A stretch of DNA of 64,000 bases from an uncultured Actinomycetes bacterium (GTDB lineage: Bacteria > Actinomycetota > UBA4738 > HRBIN12), in contig CAVQCI010000001.1 in assembly GCA_963710985.1 (NCBI GenBank), positions 193,602 to 257,601 of the forward strand, written 5' to 3'. The notes under the pieces are model-generated. The model saw only the letters and a list, made by a program, of their open reading frames with translations. It was not told where the DNA came from and ran no database searches. Position numbers and translations under genes: made by a program. This document shows, in pieces, positions 29,638 to 38,429 of the stretch (positions are counted from its first letter, which is position 1; every line of letters begins with the position of its first letter).

Positions 29638-31032
29638 TTACGCGGTGTGCAGCGCCTTGCCGGCGAGCGCGAGCATCGCCTCGCCGAAGCCTTCGGACAG
29701 TGAGGGGTGGGGGTGGATGTGCGCCGCCACCTCCAGGGGCGTCGCCTCCCACGCGGTGACGAGCATCGCCTCGGCGATCAGATCGGTGACGTGGGGCCCG
29801 ATCATGTGCACCCCGAGGACCGGACCCCCGCCGGGCGTGTCCGCAGCCGCGGCGACGATCTTCACGAACCCGCCCTCGCCGACGATGTTCGCCTTGCCGA
29901 TCGCGCGGAAGTTGAGCTTCTCGATCACGACGTCGTGGCCCTGTTCACGCGCCTGCGCCTCGGTGAGCCCCACGCTCGCGATCTCGGGACTGCAGTACGT
30001 GACACGCGGGATCGCGACGTAGTCGATCGGGGCGACCGCCTCGCCCGAGGTCCGCTCGGCGACCGCGATCCCCTCGGTGAAGGCGACGTGGGCAAGCTGC
30101 AGCGGCGTCGCTGCGACGTCGCCGACGGCCCAGACGTGGGGCGCGGTCGTTCGCAGCTGGTCGTCCACCGTCACGAACCCTCGGTCGTCCAAGGCGACCC
30201 CCGCTTCGTCGAGCCCGAGCCCGTCGGTGACCGGTCCGCGGCCGGTCGCGACGAGACAGACCTCGGCGGTGACCGTCGTGGGCTCGTCGCCGACCGCGTA
30301 GGTCACTTCGACGCCGTCGCCAGTGTCGACGATCGCCTGCACGTTCGCGCCGGCGGCGGTGGTGATCTTCCGCTTGCGGTAGGCGCGGGCGATCTCCTTG
30401 GAGACGTCCTCGTCCTCGAGCGGTGCGAGCCGGGGGAGCGCTTCGAGGAGCGTGACGTCCGCGCCGAAGGATCGGTAGAGCGACGCGAACTCGAGCCCCA
30501 CAGCGCCGGCGCCGATCACGACGACCGAGGACGGGACCGCGTCGGCCCACAGGGCCTGGTCGCTCGTGACGATCCGGGGGCCGAGCTCGATACGGGGCAG
30601 CAACTTCGGCTGGGATCCGGTCGCGATCACCACGTCGGCGACTTCGAGGCGCCGTCCGTCGACCTCCACGGCAGGACCGGGCAGGAGGCGGGCAGCGCCC
30701 GTGACCCGCTCGACCTTGCGGCCCTTGACCAGACCCTCGACCCCCGTCACGAGCTTGTCGACGATCGCGGCCTCGAACGCGGTGACGGCCGACCAGTCGG
30801 GCTCGCCGGAGGCCTTGATGCCCCATTCGCTCGCGCGGTTCACGGTGTCGAGGACCGCGGCCGACTGCAGCAGCGCCTTGGCAGGGATGCAGCCGCGCAG
30901 GAGACAGGTGCCGCCGAGCCGCTCGTCGCGCTCCACGAGGGCAACGCGCTTGCCCAGTTCCGCGGCGCGCAAGGCAGTGGAGTAACCCCCGGTGCCCGCG
31001 CCGATCACGACGAGGTCGAACGCGTCTCCCAT
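29638..31032 (-). CDS. lpdA: dihydrolipoyl dehydrogenase (E3)
   Basis: The start is the internal ATG at residue 10 of ORF 29638..31059(-). It has GAGTGGY, the redox-active CLLRGCIP and a C-terminal HPHPSLSE. Confidence 0.9.
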   Translation of the reverse strand: MGDAFDLVVIGAGTGGYSTALRAAELGKRVALVERDERLGGTCLLRGCIPAKALLQSAAVLDTVNRASEWGIKASGEPDWSAVTAFEAAIVDKLVTGVEGLVKGRKVERVTGAARLLPGPAVEVDGRRLEVADVVIATGSQPKLLPRIELGPRIVTSDQALWADAVPSSVVVIGAGAVGLEFASLYRSFGADVTLLEALPRLAPLEDEDVSKEIARAYRKRKITTAAGANVQAIVDTGDGVEVTYAVGDEPTTVTAEVCLVATGRGPVTDGLGLDEAGVALDDRGFVTVDDQLRTTAPHVWAVGDVAATPLQLAHVAFTEGIAVAERTSGEAVAPIDYVAIPRVTYCSPEIASVGLTEAQAREQGHDVVIEKLNFRAIGKANIVGEGGFVKIVAAAADTPGGGPVLGVHMIGPHVTDLIAEAMLVTAWEATPLEVAAHIHPHPSLSEGFGEAMLALAGKALHTA

Positions 31033-31097
31033 CCGATGAGCGAGTCTACCCGCGTTCACGGCGAAGACCCCTGCAGGGAACCGGTTGGGCTCCTACG

Positions 31098-32216
31098 ATG
31101 CGGAACATGAACGACGACGTCGCGTTACAGCACTCGCCGCTCGAGGCCGAACACGCGGGGCTCGGCGCCAAGCTCGGCCCGTTCGGCGGCTGGTTGATGC
31201 CGATCGAGTACGAGGGACCGCTCGCCGAGCACAGGGCGGTGCGAGAGCGCGTCGGCCTGTTCGACCTGACCCACCTCGGCAAGGTGGAGGTCGAGGGACC
31301 GGGAGCGCTGGGGCTCCTCCAAGGGGTCGTGTCGAACGACGTGGCCGCCGTGGCGGTCGGGGAGGCCCAGTACAGCCTCGTGCTGAACGAGGGCGGCGGG
31401 GTGATCGAGGACCTGATCGTGTACCGCCTCGACGAGGAGCGCTACTTCGTCGTGCCGAACGCCGCGAACACCCAGCGGGTGCTGACGATCCTCGGCGAGG
31501 CCGAGGCGCCCGACCGGGTCCACCTGATGTACCACCAGGACTGGTGCTTCCTGGCCGTGCAGGGCCCGGAGGCGCCCCACGTGACGCGCGCGCTGTTCCC
31601 GGACGCCAGCGATCTCGGCTTCATGCAGTGCCTGCAGACCGAGTACCGGCGGCGGCCGCTGATCCTCACGCGGTCGGGGTACACGGGAGAGGTCGGCTTC
31701 GAGCTGTTCACGTACCAGGACGTGGCGCTCGACCTGTGGCACGAGCTGCTCAAGGGGATGGCCGCCTTCGACGGGAAGCCCTGCGGACTCGCGGCGCGCG
31801 ACGTCTTGCGCCTTGAAATGGGGTACCCCCTGTACGGTCAGGACCTGTTCGAGACGTCGACCGCGCTCGAGGCGGGGCTCTCGTGGGCCGTCGCGTTGGA
31901 CAAGGGTCCGTTCCGAGGGCGCGACGCGCTGCTGCTGCAGCGCGAGGAGGGGTTGCCGAGCCGCCTGCGAGGGCTGCGGATGCATGAGCGGCGGCACATC
32001 CCACGCGCGCACTACCCCGTGTTCGCCGCGGACAAGGTGATCGGTGAGGTCACGAGCGGGACCTTCTCGCCGCTGCTGCAGACCGGGATCGGGCTCGCCT
32101 ACCTGTGGCCCGCGGACGTGGCCGAGCTCGGTGATGAGGTCGAGGTCGACATCCGGGGCCGGCGGGGTGTCGCGACGGTGGTCCGACCTCCGTTCGTGGA
32201 CCGCAACCCGCGCTGA
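31098..32216 (+). CDS. gcvT: glycine cleavage system aminomethyltransferase T
   Basis: ORF 31098..32216(+), 372 aa. It has GGWLMPIEY, FDLTHLGK, and TRSGYTGEVGFEL. It is divergent from lpdA. An alternative ATG lies at 31107. Confidence 0.9.
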   Translation: MRNMNDDVALQHSPLEAEHAGLGAKLGPFGGWLMPIEYEGPLAEHRAVRERVGLFDLTHLGKVEVEGPGALGLLQGVVSNDVAAVAVGEAQYSLVLNEGGGVIEDLIVYRLDEERYFVVPNAANTQRVLTILGEAEAPDRVHLMYHQDWCFLAVQGPEAPHVTRALFPDASDLGFMQCLQTEYRRRPLILTRSGYTGEVGFELFTYQDVALDLWHELLKGMAAFDGKPCGLAARDVLRLEMGYPLYGQDLFETSTALEAGLSWAVALDKGPFRGRDALLLQREEGLPSRLRGLRMHERRHIPRAHYPVFAADKVIGEVTSGTFSPLLQTGIGLAYLWPADVAELGDEVEVDIRGRRGVATVVRPPFVDRNPR

Positions 32217-32225
32217 GGTGCGGGC

Positions 32226-32933
32226 TCAGAGCCCGAGCGCGGGCGAGCGCACCGCGCGGACGAAATCCTGCACGCTCGCGCCGCCGAAGCGCACGTGGTC
32301 CATCAGGTCGGCGAGCCGCCGCGCGGCGCCGGGCACGTCGCGCGTGACGGCGACCGCCACGTACAGCCCCGAGCTCGGGATGCCGAGCTGCTTCGCCGGT
32401 CCGAACCCCGGCGCGGCTACGAAGTAGGACCAGCGTCGGGCCGGAGCCCCCGCCACCGTGCAGACACCCTCGCCCCGGGCGACGAAGTCGCCCGGAGACG
32501 CCGTCGCGCCGTGCACGAAGTCCGGCGCGTTGTCCGCGAAGATCGTGCGGTGCATCGCCGTGCACCCCGGCGACTCGACCAGCCGGTCGAACATCGGGCC
32601 GGTCGCCGCGAGGTAGTAGACGTCGCTCGGGAGCCCGACGCGGGTCGCGTCGATCCAGGTGGCGGCGAGCCCGGTCTCCAGCCCCACGGGGCTCCGCCAG
32701 CGCTCCGGGTGCGGTGAGGCGACGAACCCGCGGCTCGCGTCCATCGAGACCGCGGTCGCGCGCCAGCCGCCGGGCACGAGGGCCGTTACGGCCCCGTCGG
32801 AGACCAACACGAAGGGCGAGTCGGTCGGGCGGACCTCGAGCGCGGCGGGGCCGGGCAGCGGTGGCACCGCGTTGACTGCCGCGCAGCTCGTGGCCGCGAG
32901 GCTGACGACGATCCCGACGATGATCCTGCGCAC
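32226..32933 (-). CDS. lipoprotein, function unknown
   Basis: ORF 32226..32933(-), 235 aa. The signal and lipobox are MRRIIVGIVVSLAATSC. Confidence 0.6.
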   Translation of the reverse strand: MRRIIVGIVVSLAATSCAAVNAVPPLPGPAALEVRPTDSPFVLVSDGAVTALVPGGWRATAVSMDASRGFVASPHPERWRSPVGLETGLAATWIDATRVGLPSDVYYLAATGPMFDRLVESPGCTAMHRTIFADNAPDFVHGATASPGDFVARGEGVCTVAGAPARRWSYFVAAPGFGPAKQLGIPSSGLYVAVAVTRDVPGAARRLADLMDHVRFGGASVQDFVRAVRSPALGL

Positions 32934-33023
32934 GCTGCGGGTCCCTCGCCGAGGAAGGATAGCCCTTGGGCTCGACGCGTGCCAGCGCCAGATGGCCCCG
33001 CCGCCCGAGGCGCTCGGGGGATG

Positions 33024-34220
33024 CTAGGCCGCCCCGGCGGGCGGCACGTCAAGGTGCGCCCCCTCGTGCGAGGGGATGCAGAAGGAGACGCGTGATCCCC
33101 CGCCGGGCAAGGGGTCCGACCACACGATGCCGCCGTGCTCGACGACGACCTGGCGGGCCAGATGCAGGCCGAGGCCCACACCGGCCTTCTCCTTGCGCAG
33201 CGTCCCCTCGCCGGTCGAGAACGGCTGCTCGAACGCCCGCATCGCGACCGAGCGGTCGATCCCCTCGCCGTGGTCCGTGACCGCCACCACCACGCCCTCG
33301 TCGAGGTTGCGCGCCACCAGCTCGACCGCGCGTCCCGGGGGTGAGTACCGGCAGGCGTTGTCGAGGAGCTCGCGAACGACCCCGCCGATCCTCCCGCCGT
33401 CCGCGATCGCCATGAGGGCGTCCGGCACCTGCGCGACGACCGGCACCGAGGGGTACTGGCGTCCGATCTCGTCGACGGCGTGGCGCACGAGCGGCCCCAG
33501 GTCGGTGAGCCCGAGCTCCAACGAGAAGGTCCCGCGTTCGAGCTCGGCGACCGTGATCAGCTCGTCCACGATCGCCATCAGCCGGTCGAGCGAGGCCTGC
33601 AGCTGCTCGAGGAACTGGTCCCGCTCGCTCTCGGGGACGCTCGGGTTCCGCAAGACGTAGGCGATCCCCTTCGCCACCGTGACCGGCGTGCGGAGCTCGT
33701 GGGAGATGTTCGCGAGGAAGTCGGCCTTGGCCGACGTGCCTTTGGAGACCTCGTCACGGATCTCCACCAGCTCCTGCTCGAGCTCGGCGGCCCGCGCCGC
33801 GGTCCGCGCCACCTCGTCGCCGAACAGGGTGGCCGCGGAGGGGGACAGGACCACGCTGCCGAGCGCGACGGCCCGGATCGCGGCCACGACGGTCGCTCCT
33901 CGGTCGGTCTTCAGCAGGAACGCGGAAGCTCCCGAGGCCAGCGAGGACGTGATCTCCTCGGGAACGGGCCGCGCCGAGCGCGCGACGATCTGGGCCGTAG
34001 GGGTCGATGCGTGGAGCCGGCGAACGAACTCGGCGCCGCCGATCCCGTCGATGGAGAGGTCGCAGACCACGACGTCGGGACGCAGGCGCGCGGCCGACTC
34101 GATCGCTTTGAAGGCATCGGTCGTGCTCTCCACGAGCAGGTCGGGCGCCTCGCGGAGCAGCTCGTACTGGAGCCGCGCGACCTCGTCGGGCGTGTCGCAC
34201 AGGAGGACGTTCGTGGTCAT
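33024..34220 (-). CDS. soluble hybrid sensor: N-terminal receiver domain fused to a HisKA/HATPase_c histidine kinase
   Basis: The start is the internal ATG at residue 23 of ORF 33024..34286(-). It has a REC domain (VVVCDLSIDG), the H-box FLANISHELRTP, and N/G boxes (LLDNACRYSP, DHGEGI, GVGLGL). I see no TM segment. Confidence 0.85.
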   Translation of the reverse strand: MTTNVLLCDTPDEVARLQYELLREAPDLLVESTTDAFKAIESAARLRPDVVVCDLSIDGIGGAEFVRRLHASTPTAQIVARSARPVPEEITSSLASGASAFLLKTDRGATVVAAIRAVALGSVVLSPSAATLFGDEVARTAARAAELEQELVEIRDEVSKGTSAKADFLANISHELRTPVTVAKGIAYVLRNPSVPESERDQFLEQLQASLDRLMAIVDELITVAELERGTFSLELGLTDLGPLVRHAVDEIGRQYPSVPVVAQVPDALMAIADGGRIGGVVRELLDNACRYSPPGRAVELVARNLDEGVVVAVTDHGEGIDRSVAMRAFEQPFSTGEGTLRKEKAGVGLGLHLARQVVVEHGGIVWSDPLPGGGSRVSFCIPSHEGAHLDVPPAGAA

Positions 34221-34291
34221 CTGCAGGGGATATCGGCCCGGCCGGCCCCTGATTGAGCGCTGCGTGCCGTGCCGCGCCGACGGCACCCGGA

Positions 34292-34942
34292 TCAGCGGAC
34301 GATGCCGGTACGGATCGCGATCGCCACCGCCTGCGCGCGGTCGTTCGCGCCGAGCTTCTCGAAGATCCGCTCGAGGTGCGTCTTCACGGTGTGCGGCGAG
34401 ATGCCGAGATCCGAGGCCACCTGCCGGGTGGTGGCGCCGTCGGCCACCTTCTGCAGGATCTCGCGCTCACGCTTGGACAGCGGCGCCGGACGGGACGAGG
34501 CGTCTTCGCCTCCGGCCGCCTGTGCCTCTTCGATGAACGTCTTCGTGAGCTGCGGGTGGATCACCGCGTTGCCCTCGAGCGCGTTGCGAGCGGCGTCGAC
34601 GAGCGCGTCGGGGGAGGCGTCCTTCAAGAGGTAGCCCGAGACGCCGGCCTGGATCGCGTCGGAGATCGCACCGCGGGACTCGTCGATCGTGATCAGGATC
34701 ACCTTGGTGTCCGGGGAGGCCTCGCGGATCCTGCGGGTCGCCTCGATCCCGCCCATCCCGGGCATCCGGACGTCCATGAACACCACGTCGGGGGTGAGGG
34801 AGCGGGCCTGCTCGACCGCTTCCTCGCCGCTGGCGGCCTCGCCGATCACGACCACCGCGTCCTCGGAGAGCTCCAGCGCGGTGCGAAGGCCTTCGCGGGT
34901 CACGGGGTGGTCGTCGACGATCAAGGCGCGGATCGGAGGCAA
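34292..34942 (-). CDS. LuxR/NarL family response regulator
   Basis: ORF 34292..34987(-). The likely TTG start is at residue 16, preceded by GGAAGGAG 5 nt upstream, giving MPPIRALIVDDHP.. It has a REC domain (DVVFMDVRMPG) and an HTH (LSKREREILQKVADGATTRQVA). Confidence 0.85.
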   Translation of the reverse strand: MPPIRALIVDDHPVTREGLRTALELSEDAVVVIGEAASGEEAVEQARSLTPDVVFMDVRMPGMGGIEATRRIREASPDTKVILITIDESRGAISDAIQAGVSGYLLKDASPDALVDAARNALEGNAVIHPQLTKTFIEEAQAAGGEDASSRPAPLSKREREILQKVADGATTRQVASDLGISPHTVKTHLERIFEKLGANDRAQAVAIAIRTGIVR

Positions 34943-35016
34943 TCGGGCTCCTTCCGTGGACGGGGAAGTATGGTGGGACTGCATCATAGGGCTCCGAGAC
35001 GGGGAAGGTTCTTAAG

Positions 35017-35403
35017 GTGACGGACGAACAGCCAACCGCGGTCGAGACCCAGCACGATACCCACGCGCAACCGCACGAGCCGGCGGAAGGGCGCGACGAG
35101 GGGCTCACCCGCGAACGTGTCCTGCAAGCGCTGAGCCAGGTGTACGACCCCGAACTCGGGATCAACATCGTCGACCTCGGTCTCGTCTACGAGGTCGAGC
35201 TCCACGACAATGGCGACGTCGACATCCTGTACAGCCTCACCACGATGGGCTGCCCGATCGGGCCGCTGATCGAGGATCAGATGCGCGCGTTCCTCGCTCC
35301 GATCGATGGGATCGGGGAGGTGCGCCCCGAGCTCGTGTTCCGCCCCCCGTGGTCGCCCGAGCTGATGTCCGACGAGGCCAAGGCCGCGCTCGGCATATTC
35401 TGA
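35017..35403 (+). CDS. sufT: Fe-S assembly protein SufT (DUF59/MIP18)
   Basis: ORF 35017..35403(+), 128 aa. It has VYDPELGINIVDLGLVY and TTMGCP. Confidence 0.8.
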   Translation: MTDEQPTAVETQHDTHAQPHEPAEGRDEGLTRERVLQALSQVYDPELGINIVDLGLVYEVELHDNGDVDILYSLTTMGCPIGPLIEDQMRAFLAPIDGIGEVRPELVFRPPWSPELMSDEAKAALGIF

Positions 35404-35625
35404 GCCGGACCCGAGCTGGCCTCGCTCGTTCCCTTGACGCCCGCACAGTGGTGCGGTACTTGTTGCACCTGCAAATCCTACTGGGGGGATGGGAAATGAT
35501 CCGCACGCGATGCCGTGGTCTCGTCGGCGCGATGATCCCGTCCCGGCTCTGCTGTCGGCCCTAGGCACCTCCGCCTGCACCTTCGACGTATCGACAGCCC
35601 TGGGCAACCCGGAAGGAGTCACACC

Positions 35626-36468
35626 GTGACCGACTACGCCAACCCCGACGTGCTGGTCTCCACCGACTGGCTCGAGAACCACCTCGACGATCCCACGATC
35701 CGCGTGGTCGAGGTCGACGAGGACACCTCCGCGTACGACAAGGGCCACATCAGAGGGTCCATCTCGTGGAACTGGAGCACCGACCTGCGCACGCCGGTCG
35801 GTCGCGACTTCTTGGACCAGGGCGGCTTCGCCGACCTCCTGGCGGACGCGGGTGCGGGCGACAAGACCGTCGTGCTGTACGGCGGCAACAACAACTGGTT
35901 CGCCGCCTACGCGTACTGGCTGCTCAAGCTGCGCGGGTTCGACGACGTGCGCCTGCTGGACGGCGGCCGCAAGAAGTGGGAGCTGGAGAGCCGCGAGCTC
36001 ACCGACGAAGCGCCTTCGTACGAGCGGTCGGAGCACGTTCTGCTCGATGAGGAGCGCCCCGAGCTCCGCGCCCTCCGCGACGAGGTCCTCGAGCGGGTGG
36101 GGACCGACGTCGGACTCATCGACGTCCGCTCGCCCGAGGAGTTCCGCGGCGAGATGCTCGCCCCCGATCACCTCCCGCAGGAGCAGTCGCAGGTGCCCGG
36201 GCACATCGCCGGGGCCGCGAACATCCCATGGGTCAAGGCCGCGAACGACGACGGCACCTTCAAGGACGCCGACGAGCTGCGAGCGCTCTACGAGGGAGCC
36301 GGGATCACCCCGGACCGCGAGGTGATCGCGTACTGCCGGATCGGGGAGCGGAGCTCGCACACCTGGTTCGTGCTGCAGGAGCTCCTCGGGTACCCGAGCG
36401 TCAAGAACTACGACGGCTCGTGGACGGAGTTCGGGTCGCTGGTGGGAGCGCCGGTCGAGCTGGGCTGA
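35626..36468 (+). CDS. thiosulfate/3-mercaptopyruvate sulfurtransferase (tandem rhodanese)
   Basis: ORF 35626..36468(+), 280 aa. It has two rhodanese domains and the active-site loop YCRIGERSSH. Confidence 0.9.
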   Translation: MTDYANPDVLVSTDWLENHLDDPTIRVVEVDEDTSAYDKGHIRGSISWNWSTDLRTPVGRDFLDQGGFADLLADAGAGDKTVVLYGGNNNWFAAYAYWLLKLRGFDDVRLLDGGRKKWELESRELTDEAPSYERSEHVLLDEERPELRALRDEVLERVGTDVGLIDVRSPEEFRGEMLAPDHLPQEQSQVPGHIAGAANIPWVKAANDDGTFKDADELRALYEGAGITPDREVIAYCRIGERSSHTWFVLQELLGYPSVKNYDGSWTEFGSLVGAPVELG

Positions 36469-36622
36469 GTCCTTCCCCCGTGTCTGCGGGGGCCCGCCGG
36501 ATCATGACCGAACGCCCGATGCGGGCCCCAGGATGCCCTCCGTAGCATCGGGTCGCCGCTTGGTCTCTGGCGGCCCGAGCGCCCCCGGCTCAGGTCGAGG
36601 GTCGACGAGAGGAGGGGCCATC

Positions 36623-38255
36623 GTGTCACGAGGAAAGATGGCGGGCGTCGTCGCCTTCGCGTTGGCGATGGCGTTGTCGTTGCCCTCGGTGGGTACGGCG
36701 AAGGTCGCGCGCGAGCGCGTGATCGTCGGGTACCGCCAGGGCACCGACATCGCGGCGGCGGTACACGCCGTGGGCGGGAAGGTGGTGTTCCGCTACCACC
36801 TGATCAAGGGAGTGGTCGCGGATGTCCCGGCGGGCTCCTACACCGCCCTGCGGAAGCAGCCCGGCGTGACCTGGCTCCAGCACGACATCACCCGGTCGGT
36901 TCAGGGGCTGTACTCGCCCGAGCACGTCTACACGGGCACGCCCGAGTTCATGCCCTGGGGTATCGAGGACGTGCAGGCGAACCAGGTGTGGGACGCGAAC
37001 CATGATCTGCAGGTCGACACCGGAGCGACGGCTGGCCAGGGCGTCACCGTGGCGGTGATCGACAACGGGCTGGACGCGACACACCCGGATCTCGCGAGCG
37101 CTTGGAACCTGTCGCTCAGCGACTGCTTCATCCAGGACATCGAGCCCGCCTGCACCGCGCAGGACGACATCTCGGGTCCTTACCAAGGGCACGGCGTCGC
37201 GGCGGCGAGCAACATCGCCGCGCGCGCGAACGGCGTCGGCCTGATCGGGGTGGCGCCCCGCGCCACGATCGTCGCGTACCGCGCAGGCGACAGCGCCTCC
37301 GGCAACCTGTCGGACAGCGCGATCCTCGCGGCGATCGAGCGGGCGATCGAGGACCACGTCGACGTCATCAACATGAGTTTCGGCGGTCCCGCCCCGGCTC
37401 CGGCGGAGCGCAAGATGCTGGCCGTCGCCTACCTGCGGGGCATCGTGCTCGTGGCGAGCGCGGGCAACGGGAAGGACCACGGCGCGCCGCCACCGGTCAA
37501 CTTCCCGGCCAAGCTCCCGACCGTGATCGCGGTCGGCGCGGTCGACGACACGAACACGTTGGCCGACTGGTCGAGCTTCGGCAACGGGCAAGAGCTCGTG
37601 GCGCCGGGCGTCAACGTGCCGGTGGCGCTCGTCCAGGGAACCGCGGTGGACAGCGCTTTCAAGGTGACGTCGCCGGCCAACGCCGGGACGTTCGACAACG
37701 CGGCGATCGAGTTCTCGCCGGTGGGCAGCGCGACCGGCAACGTCGTGTACGTGGGGACGGCCACGACCGACGAGGTGGCTGGGATGGACCTGACCGGCAA
37801 GATCGCCCTGATCCAGCGCGGTTCGATCACGTTCGGCGAGAAGGTCGCGAACGTGGCTGCCCGGGGCGCGGACGCAGCGATCATCTTCAACAACGTGCCC
37901 GGCACGATCGGCGCCACGCTGGGTTCGCTGGGCGCCGATCCCGGCGATCGAGATGAGCGGCGAGGACGGCCAGGCTCTGCTCGCGCTGGTCCAGGCCGGC
38001 ACGGTCACGGCGACGATGCAGGTCGCGAACACCGACTGGGCATCGTGGAGCGGCACGTCGTTCAGCGCGCCGCACGTGGCCGGGGTCGCGGCGTTGCTGC
38101 TGTCGGTCGATCCGAACCTCACGCCCGAACAGGTGCGCACCGTTTTGGACTCGACCGCGACGGACCTGGGCAAGCCCGGGTACGACTTCCACTACGGGAA
38201 CGGCCTGGTGAACGCATGCGCGGCCGTCGTGGCGGTTGGGGGTCACTGCGGCTGA
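36623..38255 (+). pseudogene. secreted S8 subtilase with I9 propeptide and PA-domain insert, one frame break
   Basis: The GTG at 36623 follows GAGAGGAGG; an alternative ATG lies at 36638. It has a signal peptide, catalytic D (VAVIDNGLD) and H (QGHGVAAAS), and a PA domain (GKIALIQRGSITFGEKV). The catalytic Ser segment GTSFSAPHVAG lies in ORF 37953..38255. The break is at the CCC run near 37938. Confidence 0.8.
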
Positions 38256-38285
38256 GGGCGACCGCTCGCGACGCAGGGACGCATC

Positions 38286-38317
38286 GAGGGCCGGGGGCTC
38301 CGCAACCCCCGGCCCTC
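38286..38317 (+). terminator. perfect 12-bp GC hairpin after the subtilase gene
   Basis: GAGGGCCGGGGG-CTCCGCAA-CCCCCGGCCCTC, starting 31 nt after the stop codon. Confidence 0.6.
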
Positions 38318-38330
38318 ACCATCCACGGGC

Positions 38331-38362
38331 TTGGCTGCGAATCCTACCGACCAGGTAGACTT
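38331..38362 (+). promoter_or_regulatory. candidate suf promoter overlapped by a 9-5-9 inverted repeat (candidate operator)
   Basis: The promoter is TTGGCT, a 19-nt spacer, then TAGACT. The inverted repeat is AATCCTACC-GACCA-GGTAGACTT (38340-38362, 7 of 9 arm positions complementary), 68 nt upstream of the sufB ATG. Confidence 0.35.
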
Positions 38363-38429
38363 TGTCGCGAGCGAGCGGCTACGCTCGGAACATCGTCGGA
38401 CGGCGAGCGAGAGCGAGCGAGGACGCGAC

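Noticed and set aside
31033-31097. A possible glycine riboswitch in front of gcvT.
   Set aside because: The lpdA-gcvT gap is only about 65 nt. It lacks the conserved glycine-aptamer core (GGAGAG..ACCGAAGGGGCAA-type elements), so it is too short for even one aptamer.
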